Sequence record: PP856017.1
Reading direction: 5' to 3' (one strand)
DNA: 64,000 nt
Both the position numbers and the translations under genes were made by a program. Every line of letters begins with the position of its first letter. Positions within the stretch are counted from its first letter, which is position 1. Of the stretch, positions 9,097 to 16,687 are shown one piece after another. The notes beneath the pieces were generated by a model. It had not been told where the DNA came from. It saw nothing but the letters and a program-made list of their open reading frames with translations, and did not search any database.

Positions 9097-9426
9097 CTAT
9101 AACGGCAACGATGAATCCGGCAGATCGCCGAAGATGATCTTGTCTTCGACGTCCATTTCGATCACGCGGTTGTAGATCACAAAGAAAATGAGCCACGCTG
9201 CCGCAATGAGAATTAGCGAGATGCCCGTTCGCCATTCGTGGTAAAAGATGCAAGCGATGCCGGCGACCACTGTCCAGAAGACAACCATGAGCGCCATGAC
9301 GTGAAAACCCGGCGAGTTCTTGTACCAGCTAAAGAGCAACGAATGCTCCTGATACATCAGTTGCTGAACCACCATGAAAAACGTGAAAGCGAAAAACAAC
9401 CAGAAGAAAACGTTAAGCACCCACAT
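9097..9426 (-). CDS. Small polytopic membrane protein (about 3 TM helices)
   Basis: ATG 9426 with GAGGTGG RBS; three hydrophobic stretches. Confidence 0.7.
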   Translation of the reverse strand: MWVLNVFFWLFFAFTFFMVVQQLMYQEHSLLFSWYKNSPGFHVMALMVVFWTVVAGIACIFYHEWRTGISLILIAAAWLIFFVIYNRVIEMDVEDKIIFGDLPDSSLPL

Positions 9427-9463
9427 GGTCCACCTCACTTTTGTTATTAAACGACGAAAAAAA

Positions 9464-9526
9464 AATACCAGATGATTAGTCTGGTATTAAAAGCTCCTAC
9501 ACTCGGGGAGAACCGAAGTAGGAGCT
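9464..9526 (-). terminator. Two tandem hairpins (9492-9526, 9464-9488) followed by U-tract
   Basis: AGCTCCTAC...GTAGGAGCT and AATACCAGA...CTGGTATT; A9 run on plus strand. Confidence 0.6.
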
Positions 9527-9536
9527 GGGCTACTGG

Positions 9537-9827
9537 TTAAGCCATTGCCTTCAGCATCAGACCAGCGCTCAGAACGACGCCCTTTTGAGCGCGTTCAATA
9601 GCGACAGCTGCCGCGCGTTCGGCATGTTCCGCTTCACGCATCGCCATACGTTGAGTAGCGACGTATTCGAGGACGCGCTTTTCTTCGCCGGCCGACAGGT
9701 TCTGACGTTCGACACGGAAGGTGATTTCGTCCCAATCCACTTGTTCAAACTTCTTGCCTTCCATGAACTTCTCGGAAAGATACAGGCAGAATTCGAGGAC
9801 GGTGACTTGATAAAGAGTGTTGTTCAT
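9537..9827 (-). CDS. Hypothetical protein
   Basis: 96 aa, GGAG RBS. Confidence 0.7.
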   Translation of the reverse strand: MNNTLYQVTVLEFCLYLSEKFMEGKKFEQVDWDEITFRVERQNLSAGEEKRVLEYVATQRMAMREAEHAERAAAVAIERAQKGVVLSAGLMLKAMA

Positions 9828-9873
9828 GATGATGCTCCTGAGGTTTGGAAAATTACACGGAAGGTGAAGTTTG

Positions 9874-10014
9874 TTACTTGGCCAGCTTGTCGGTCATGTA
9901 CCAGACCAAGGGGACGACGACGAACAGTGCGAATGCGACGAAGATTGCGATGTCTTGACGCTTGCTGTTCTTGACCTGATCGTTCGAACGTTTCAGCATT
10001 TGTTGCTTAGTCAT
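9874..10014 (-). CDS. 46-aa single-pass membrane protein (not in the ORF track)
   Basis: Read manually: MTKQQMLKRSNDQVKNSKRQDIAIFVAFALFVVVPLVWYMTDKLAK*; CAGGAAAA RBS. Confidence 0.65.
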   Translation of the reverse strand: MTKQQMLKRSNDQVKNSKRQDIAIFVAFALFVVVPLVWYMTDKLAK

Positions 10015-10058
10015 GATGTTTTCCTGTTGTTTGACTTTACTGCATTTTGATTAATCGG

Positions 10059-10523
10059 TTACTGCAGGGGAACACGCTTGCGGAAGGTATCGAACTGAAT
10101 CACGACGTACCCATCTTCGATTGTCACGTTCTTCACCCGCGCATCGCAAGTCCCGAATCCGTTTGCCTGGCGAACATCGCCATTGTTCAGGAACCAGAAC
10201 AACTGGTAATCCATCGCACAGCCTTGTTGATTGCCTGCAATCAGAACCAGCGGCGTGTTGCTGTAGGTTCCGTGCCATACGACTTTAATGCTGTCGTAGT
10301 TTTCGTTCATGTCAGTCACGTCTCCGTGATACTCCATGAACCAGGTACCCTGCTGGGTATCCTGATAGAAGCGTACCGTGTCCACGGTTTTCATGAGGAC
10401 AGGTTTGGCTTCTGCACCCGGTGCAGTCAGCACAAGGAGGGCGATGACAACTACTACCGACATCGCCCAGTAGATCCATTCATTGCGAATGTAGCTACGA
10501 ACTGCATTTTGAACAGCTTGCAT
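10059..10523 (-). CDS. Exported or membrane-anchored periplasmic protein with two Cys
   Basis: Hydrophobic segment ending AEA|K; GC...YQLF and FGTC motifs. Confidence 0.7.
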   Translation of the reverse strand: MQAVQNAVRSYIRNEWIYWAMSVVVVIALLVLTAPGAEAKPVLMKTVDTVRFYQDTQQGTWFMEYHGDVTDMNENYDSIKVVWHGTYSNTPLVLIAGNQQGCAMDYQLFWFLNNGDVRQANGFGTCDARVKNVTIEDGYVVIQFDTFRKRVPLQ

Positions 10524-10546
10524 TACGTCATCTCCAATACTACGTT

Positions 10547-10741
10547 TTAGAAAAGGTGCTTGTGACGAACGATTGTCATCAAGCGCTGCACTTCATTCCG
10601 AACCACCATTTCGGCAGTGAACGGAAGTTCGCGGAATTCGACATCGATGATGTCCGGCTCGGTGATGACCGGTGGAACGTACGGCTGAATTGCTGCATAC
10701 ATCTTCAAAGCCTGTGAAACGTATTGCTGGCTGTGTGCCAT
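10547..10741 (-). CDS. Small hypothetical protein
   Basis: Start ATG 10741 (GGAGG RBS, MAHSQQY); CATATAAC early-like motif at 10793-10800. Confidence 0.6.
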   Translation of the reverse strand: MAHSQQYVSQALKMYAAIQPYVPPVITEPDIIDVEFRELPFTAEMVVRNEVQRLMTIVRHKHLF

Positions 10742-10838
10742 AATGCGCCTCCGTTGAAAAGAATACAAAGTTCTTTATCCAACTTCACCGCAGTTATATG
10801 TGTTTGATTTATTCTAGGATTCGAAATTTGACGGCATA

Positions 10839-10867
10839 GGTAGAGGAGGGTTTTGCCCTCCTCTACC
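10839..10867 (-). terminator. Hairpin after ATPase gene, TATG immediately downstream (10838-10835)
   Basis: 12-bp stem GGTAGAGGAGGG/CCCTCCTCTACC. Confidence 0.72.
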
Positions 10868-10872
10868 GTAGC

Positions 10873-12186
10873 TTATGCTGCTTTCTTCAAACGTTCATTA
10901 CCACGTGCCGCGATCTCGGTCAGGAAATCGGAAAGCGATTCAGGATTCTCCTTGAACGCATTCTCGACTTCACAGCCCGGCAAACGGATATCCGAATTCA
11001 GGAAAGCCAGGACGCCCGGATGCGGTTGCAGGATCTTGTCATCCAGTTCGTACATCAGAGTGGCGTAAGCCCAGATCTCTTTTGTCCCGATCTCATCGAT
11101 CAGATATTCGTTATTGATGCGAGACTTGCGACGCACAGCCGAATCCAGATCATCCGGTCGGTTGGTCGTCATGAGAACGATGATATTGTCCAGTCCCACA
11201 ACGCCGTCGAATGCATTCAGGAATCCCGACATGGTCAGACAGTTCATGTCCATCACCATGTCAACAAGTTCTTTCTTCTTGTTTCGATCCTTGACTGCAT
11301 TACCTGCCTGATCCACATCTTCCATCAGAACGAATGAACCGGGTTTGATCTTCGCCAATGCATCGACGAGTGATGCATTCGTGTGATCGGTCAGATCGAT
11401 GACGTATAGATCTTTCTTGAAGTACGCAGCGAGCAACTTACACAGCGTGGTCTTGCCAGTTCCAGGAGGACCGAGGAAGAGGAACGATTCCTTGTAGGTC
11501 AAACCTTTCTTACGATACCAGTCTCGCCGGTTCGTGAACTCGGTGATCTTGTTCAGGATCTCAGCTTTGATATCTTCGTTCATGCAGAACGTGGAGATAT
11601 CGCGAAGCGGGACTTTGCCCACCTGTTCCCAGCTTTTGTTGGTGGCATCGAACTTGTGAATGAACACATCGTCCGCACCACCCTTTTTCGTATTGAACAG
11701 TTCGACCAGTTCCTGGAAAGCACTTTGCTTCCAGCCGAACGTGCGGAGCATGATTTCTTCTTTCTGCTTTTCCGAACCGCCACTTTCCAGTTTGCCTTTG
11801 TTGAACCAGAAGAACCGGCGTTTGTAAAAGAAGAAATGCCAACCATCGCCCACACCGAGCCGGTACGGTTTGTAAACCGTTTCATCTGCGAACATGTCGT
11901 CGCGATACTGACGGAACATGAAGAAGCTGCGACTGAATCTGCCATAGCCTGACTGCATGAACCATTTGTCGAACATGTTGTACGCATCCAAGTTACCATC
12001 GTAACCTGCATTGTTCAACCACATCGTCACGGTCGAATAGCTGACGATGAAATCCCAAACCTTCTTGGGAACATCTTTCATGAAATACATCAAGCCACCG
12101 ACAATCGGTAAAATCATCGTGGCGAGTAACGGATTGGCCTGAGTTGCAGCATTGTACTGTCGAAACACCTCGACGATCCAATTCAT
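10873..12186 (-). CDS. BCS1-like AAA+ ATPase with N-terminal TM anchor
   Basis: TM helix about aa 18-38; WY...G..YK..FLFLGPPGTGKT Walker A; VLMEDVD Walker B; TMSGFLNAFDG, MTTNRPDDLDSAVRRKSRI (SRH/Arg finger) as in Bcs1. Confidence 0.85.
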   Translation of the reverse strand: MNWIVEVFRQYNAATQANPLLATMILPIVGGLMYFMKDVPKKVWDFIVSYSTVTMWLNNAGYDGNLDAYNMFDKWFMQSGYGRFSRSFFMFRQYRDDMFADETVYKPYRLGVGDGWHFFFYKRRFFWFNKGKLESGGSEKQKEEIMLRTFGWKQSAFQELVELFNTKKGGADDVFIHKFDATNKSWEQVGKVPLRDISTFCMNEDIKAEILNKITEFTNRRDWYRKKGLTYKESFLFLGPPGTGKTTLCKLLAAYFKKDLYVIDLTDHTNASLVDALAKIKPGSFVLMEDVDQAGNAVKDRNKKKELVDMVMDMNCLTMSGFLNAFDGVVGLDNIIVLMTTNRPDDLDSAVRRKSRINNEYLIDEIGTKEIWAYATLMYELDDKILQPHPGVLAFLNSDIRLPGCEVENAFKENPESLSDFLTEIAARGNERLKKAA

Positions 12187-12251
12187 GGTACTTAACCCCT
12201 TTTAGTGTTATCAGAATAAATGTCGACCAAAGAAAAAAATATTCGACAAAG

Positions 12252-12288
12252 AGAGGAACCAGATACCCTCACGGGTACCTGGACTCTT
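12252..12288 (-). terminator. Imperfect hairpin plus U-tract
   Basis: AGAG..CCAG.TACCC/GGGTACCTGG.CTCT then T-run on minus strand. Confidence 0.55.
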
Positions 12289-12289
12289 C

Positions 12290-13066
12290 TTATTTTATTT
12301 TTGAAAGATCAAGATAGAACATCATCTTGTCGTCGGGCTTCGGGAAGAAGGCCTTGATTTTTCCAAGATAGTCTTTCTTATCGCTTCCGATCACCCGGGA
12401 GTAGAAACCTACTTCCAGAAGAACGCCACTGAACGGTTCTTCCTCGATGTTCACAAGTTCCTTGCGATCCATCGTCATGCGGTAAACCATTGGGTGGAGT
12501 TTCTCCAGAACGATAACGTTCTCTTCCAGATTGCTCTTGACGATTAAAGGCAGACTGATCTTGCCACCGTGCAACTGATGGCCATTGGCGTAACCCATAC
12601 CCAGACAGATTTGGGTGTTCGCCGTGTTGTAGCCAAACTCAGCTACGATCTCACGATCTTCTTGAATGAAGCGACTCATCACGTCCATACATCCGGACAG
12701 ATCGCGACGCAAGGTTTCCCCGAATTTTTGAATGCCCACGTCGTAGGGTTTCTTCTCCACGACACGAACTTCACCTGAGATCGGCTGAGACTCGATTACA
12801 GGCTCTACAACGGGTTGATATATCTTCGGTATAGCTGCGTAGGGCTTGACCCCTGGAACCGGGTCAGGGAGGCCACCAGGGACGATCGGCAGGCAGTATT
12901 CGTCATCCCAGTCACGATCCCCAGCTGCCGCCATTTTGTGGTCTGCATAATTCTTGGATCTTTTCACGGATTTTACTCCAGGTTGAAACATTGTAAAAGG
13001 AAACTGCAGGAATTCACGATGGTTATATGTTTCTGAAACAATCTGGAATTCCATCCTTTCAAACAA
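12290..13066 (-). CDS. Hypothetical protein
   Basis: 258 aa; start uncertain (TTG 13066 or ATG 13054). Confidence 0.68.
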   Translation of the reverse strand: MFERMEFQIVSETYNHREFLQFPFTMFQPGVKSVKRSKNYADHKMAAAGDRDWDDEYCLPIVPGGLPDPVPGVKPYAAIPKIYQPVVEPVIESQPISGEVRVVEKKPYDVGIQKFGETLRRDLSGCMDVMSRFIQEDREIVAEFGYNTANTQICLGMGYANGHQLHGGKISLPLIVKSNLEENVIVLEKLHPMVYRMTMDRKELVNIEEEPFSGVLLEVGFYSRVIGSDKKDYLGKIKAFFPKPDDKMMFYLDLSKIK

Positions 13067-13085
13067 TCACAACAGCATAGTTGCA

Positions 13086-13201
13086 AGACCAAGACACCCT
13101 TACGGATGTCCTGGTTCTCGCTGGGGGGATGAATGTGGTGTGTGATCCCTCCAGAGCATGGAGGGTCATCGTTTCTTTTTTACACGCCCCCACAGGCGTG
13201 T
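13086..13201. other. Three tandem hairpins (13086-13118, 13144-13167, 13182-13201); possible structured RNA or terminator cluster
   Basis: Inverted repeats read directly; TATG at 13079-13076 after the first on the minus strand. Confidence 0.45.
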
Positions 13202-13204
13202 CAT

Positions 13205-13345
13205 TCTTTTTCTTTCTTTCTTTCGAAAAATCACTATTAATGTAATTATTGTAAATACGTTAGTATTTACAATACTAACGTTTATAATACTAATTATAAA
13301 ATTCTCTCTACAAGGTTCTGATGACATTTAAAAAATTATTTATTT
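13205..13345. repeat. AT-rich region with interlocking inverted repeats (origin-like or regulatory)
   Basis: TATTGTAAATAC-GTTA-GTATTTACAATA (13247-13274), ACGTTAGTAT-TTACA-ATACTAACGT (13257-13281), TTTATAAT-ACTA-ATTATAAA (13281-13300); TTTC repeats upstream. Confidence 0.7.
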
Positions 13346-13444
13346 TAGTACCTGGAAAGGTACCCAGGACCCTCTTAAAAAATTCCAGGAAAGCACAGAT
13401 CATCTGACATCCGTTCCACATTCTTTCGCAAAGGACGACACGAA

Positions 13445-14092
13445 ATGGGCCTCGTAGGCACGCTGCGCGAGATCGAAAAGACCTCGCCCGAAGAACTGAA
13501 TCGCTACAACCCGAACCGTCCGGTTATGATCGACGGCAGCTTGTCCGAACTCGTGACCCAGGCGCTGAACGTCGCCTACACGAAAAAGGACATGACCTCG
13601 GGTGAACCGTACTACGGTCATCAAAACGCAACGGGAGAGCCGCCACCTGGTGCTGGCAACGTCCCGAACATTCTGACGCCGGACACTCCGCGTCAGGATC
13701 CGAACATGGTCAAGCCTTCTCTCGAAGGTATGCAGCAAATGACCGAGGGTCCGATCGCAGCTGCTGCGTACGTACTCGAAGAAGCCATCAACGTGCACGA
13801 CGGTGCTGAACATCGTGTCGGTGTCGATCCGATGCTGGTCTACGCGATTCCAGAAGACAACCGCGTGCCGGAAGAGATGAACTCGAACATCGAGATGTAC
13901 GGTGATTCGGGTGCTGTCGATCCGTCGAACTTTGTGTTCGTTTATACCGACAAGTCCGATACTGTTGGTGACCTGGACTTCCGTTGCGTGGATCTCACGC
14001 AAAAAGTCAAGGACTACGAAGGCAAGGGCGCAAAGGTGTACCAGTCGCTCGAATCGTTCCTGGCCGACTACAACAACCTGCGTCGAAAATAA
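13445..14092 (+). CDS. Probable virion head protein (phiKZ-like)
   Basis: DGSLSELVTQALNVAY motif recalled from jumbo-phage structural proteins; PSLE|G matches the S/A/G-x-E prohead-protease motif. Confidence 0.6.
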   Translation: MGLVGTLREIEKTSPEELNRYNPNRPVMIDGSLSELVTQALNVAYTKKDMTSGEPYYGHQNATGEPPPGAGNVPNILTPDTPRQDPNMVKPSLEGMQQMTEGPIAAAAYVLEEAINVHDGAEHRVGVDPMLVYAIPEDNRVPEEMNSNIEMYGDSGAVDPSNFVFVYTDKSDTVGDLDFRCVDLTQKVKDYEGKGAKVYQSLESFLADYNNLRRK

Positions 14093-14103
14093 CGGAGTAT
14101 CCC

Positions 14104-14535
14104 GTGCGTATCGAATCAACTAAATCCTTCGTCGAAGCTTTCAGCGTTTTACCCATGCTGAAGACTCTGGATGAATTCTATCCGGATCTGTCGTACTGGT
14201 ACGTCAACACCGTGGTGCCTGGACTGGTACTCGGTAAGGATGTCCTGTTGCTTGCGAAGGAAGCTGGTCGTACCGTAGGCGTAGCCTTGGGTAAGAACGG
14301 CGAAGAGAAGAAGTTGCGATGCGTGCGGGTCATTCCGGAATTCCAGAACACCGGGATTGGCCTGAGATTAATCGAGCGTATGTTCGATGAACTCGAAACC
14401 GACAAACCACACTGTACTGTAGCCTCAGAAATGCTGGGGCTCTACAGTCGTGCATTCGTGAACCGTTATGGTTTTCGATTGAGTTCGGTGGATAAGAGAT
14501 ACCGTCCTGGCAATCTGGAGTACGCTTTTAACTGA
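14104..14535 (+). CDS. GNAT-family N-acetyltransferase
   Basis: GTG 14104 with GGAG RBS; LRCVRVIPEFQNTGIGLRLI acetyl-CoA motif A; YGF motif. Confidence 0.78.
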   Translation: MRIESTKSFVEAFSVLPMLKTLDEFYPDLSYWYVNTVVPGLVLGKDVLLLAKEAGRTVGVALGKNGEEKKLRCVRVIPEFQNTGIGLRLIERMFDELETDKPHCTVASEMLGLYSRAFVNRYGFRLSSVDKRYRPGNLEYAFN

Positions 14536-14544
14536 GGACGACGC

Positions 14545-15792
14545 ATGGAAGGTCAGATCAAGAAGGTCCTGGATGCTGAGTTCGATCACTTGCCGGTCGA
14601 CAAAAAGCTCCTGGACCGAGTCCTGAAGTACGAGAAGGATTTCATCAACAAGAACGAAGACCACATCACCTTCTTCGGTGGCCACCTCATGGGTGTGCAG
14701 GTCGTACGGTTTGATCCGCGAGATCGCCAGTACTGGTTCGATGAGATTCTCGAAATCAATGAGCAGGCTCTTGAAGAACCGCTCTACGCTCTGCGTGATC
14801 CGCATCATCCGAAAGATCCGCTGATCGATCCCGAATTCAATGTCCGCAGTGACGTGATGAACATCACCTGCGGTTACCTGATTCACCGATTCCTCACGGC
14901 CAACAATCTTCCGCATGACAAGCAGAAGGAAGGCGCTGAAGCTGTGGTTCGAATCATGCTGTACAAGTTCCTGACGTCTTTGCTCTGGAACTACTTCAAG
15001 TACCCGGCCAATCCTGCGGTAGCGGAAGCTACCTACAATGCTTTGTCGCTGAAATTTGGCTTGAAGAAAAACGGCAACTGGAAAAAATACCTGGACGAAC
15101 GTGCTCACATCACAGTCGAGCCTGGTTCGATCCATTACAAGACGCTTGTCGAAATGAAAAACGACGAGCAGTTCCTGTACTTCATCGGCGATACGCAGGG
15201 TCGTATTCGTGGTACGGTGAAATCGATCTATTCGATCTTCGACCAGATGAACAAGGCTGGCATCAAAATTGTCTCCGCCTCCTCCGTCATGGAGTACGAT
15301 GGCGAAATGATCCTGAAAGACAAGTCCAGAACTTATCAATCGGAAATCCGTTACATCTCAGATGTGATCGGAGATCGTGGTTCGTTCATCAAACCGGAAC
15401 TTCTGAAGATCATCGAAAAGTCGGTACCGACCGCCAATCCGGATATGCTGCTGAAAACTCTGCAGTGGATGTCGGATAATGCAGGTTACGGCAAAGACGA
15501 TATCGTGAACCAGTTGACGACCAAGACGGTTATCTACTCGTTTAACTATCTCGCCCAGAATCCTGGCTTGATCAAAGGCAAACGCGACATCTCCGGCGTG
15601 CTTTTCCGTTTGCGTGGTTCGTTCATGGCGTCTCGTTCTTCGGACGAGGACCTCATGCAACTTCGTGAAATGGCTGAGCAGATTGCTGGCTTTGCTACGG
15701 GGTCACGAAATGATACCGTTAAGAAGTCGATTCGCACGGCTGTTTTGCTTTACATCATCGGCCGCATCATGGCGAAAGATTACTACAGCTAA
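14545..15792 (+). CDS. Conserved phiKZ-like virion structural protein near terminase
   Basis: 415 aa; FFGGHLMGV motif and position beside terL as in related jumbo phages. Confidence 0.65.
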   Translation: MEGQIKKVLDAEFDHLPVDKKLLDRVLKYEKDFINKNEDHITFFGGHLMGVQVVRFDPRDRQYWFDEILEINEQALEEPLYALRDPHHPKDPLIDPEFNVRSDVMNITCGYLIHRFLTANNLPHDKQKEGAEAVVRIMLYKFLTSLLWNYFKYPANPAVAEATYNALSLKFGLKKNGNWKKYLDERAHITVEPGSIHYKTLVEMKNDEQFLYFIGDTQGRIRGTVKSIYSIFDQMNKAGIKIVSASSVMEYDGEMILKDKSRTYQSEIRYISDVIGDRGSFIKPELLKIIEKSVPTANPDMLLKTLQWMSDNAGYGKDDIVNQLTTKTVIYSFNYLAQNPGLIKGKRDISGVLFRLRGSFMASRSSDEDLMQLREMAEQIAGFATGSRNDTVKKSIRTAVLLYIIGRIMAKDYYS

Positions 15793-15796
15793 GCTG

Positions 15797-16216
15797 ATGT
15801 ATACGCTCGCTTTGACAACGGATCTCTCGGCTGAGCAGGAACGTCAGTACAACGACCTGCTCCTCGAATCACAAGACGAAACGTTCTTCTACGGCGACAA
15901 GCTGGATCCGAAGCGTTCTCGCCAAGTCATCCTCAACGAAAAAGGTTGCGTTGTGGGTGCATTCGAATTCAAGCGAATGATGTTCGACGGTAAGTACTAC
16001 TGGAGAACGAATCGCCCCTACACCTTGAAAGCCTATCGAGGTCAGGGAATCATGAAACAGGTATTGAAGGACTGGTACGAAATTCGTAGACCGTCCATCG
16101 CCTGGATCGATGATGAAAACTTATCCTCCATCAGGTTGTTCGTTTCGATTGGTTTCCAGGAAGAACGAGCAGCCGAAATGCACGGAAAGCAGGGACATTT
16201 CTACGTCCTCGTATAA
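15797..16216 (+). CDS. GNAT-family N-acetyltransferase
   Basis: ATG 15797; YTLKAYRGQGIMKQVL motif A; N..SIRLF...GF motif B. Confidence 0.78.
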   Translation: MYTLALTTDLSAEQERQYNDLLLESQDETFFYGDKLDPKRSRQVILNEKGCVVGAFEFKRMMFDGKYYWRTNRPYTLKAYRGQGIMKQVLKDWYEIRRPSIAWIDDENLSSIRLFVSIGFQEERAAEMHGKQGHFYVLV

Positions 16217-16246
16217 ACGCCATCTTTAAAAGGCTAGGCACCCAAA

Positions 16247-16426
16247 ATGGCATCGCTCAAGTCAAAGCAATCCATGACTTCAAACCAGAAAATTCGTGAC
16301 GCACTCACGAATTCGGCCGCAACTATTTCGGTAGGTGAGCCGACCCTCATGTCCCGCAACGGTGCCCCGACGAGTTCCCTCAAGGTACAACTCGGCAAAC
16401 GTGGGATTGAGAAAGTTAAAAAATAA
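16247..16426 (+). CDS. 59-aa basic protein (not in the ORF track), paralog of next gene
   Basis: Manual translation MASLKSKQSMTSNQKIRDALTNSAATISVGEPTLMSRNGAPTSSLKVQLGKRGIEKVKK*. Confidence 0.55.
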   Translation: MASLKSKQSMTSNQKIRDALTNSAATISVGEPTLMSRNGAPTSSLKVQLGKRGIEKVKK

Positions 16427-16438
16427 AAATAGAATCCT

Positions 16439-16645
16439 GTGGATTATTACAGGAACTTCAAAATGTCGAACCGCCATAAAGGCCAGCATTTGATGCAGGC
16501 AAGCCTGAAGCAGCACAAAGAACATCACGTGAAAGATCTCTACATCGTCACGGAATCGGAACATCATGGCAAACATGTCACGAGTTCGGTTCATGTGAAG
16601 GTGGGTCGTGGTGGTCTGGAGCATGTCAAAAAGCAAACAGCATAA
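16439..16645 (+). CDS. Small His-rich basic protein
   Basis: 10 His in 68 aa; C-term TSSVHVKVGRGGLEHVKK aligns with upstream ORF; true start may be internal. Confidence 0.55.
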   Translation: MDYYRNFKMSNRHKGQHLMQASLKQHKEHHVKDLYIVTESEHHGKHVTSSVHVKVGRGGLEHVKKQTA

Positions 16646-16646
16646 C

Positions 16647-16676
16647 CCCTACACCAGACCGTGAGGTCTGGTGTAG
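16647..16676. terminator. Bidirectional hairpin with TATG on both sides
   Basis: CCTACACCAGACC-GTGA-GGTCTGGTGTAGG; TATG at 16679 (+) and 16644 (-). Confidence 0.78.
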
Positions 16677-16687
16677 GACTATGTCCG

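Noticed and set aside
13984-14103. N-terminal extensions given by the ORF track (also 15614, 8279, 33951, 53395, 49762, 60114, 6402)
   Set aside because: They overlap upstream genes or lack an RBS; downstream starts with clear Shine-Dalgarno sequences or tight coupling to the upstream gene were preferred.
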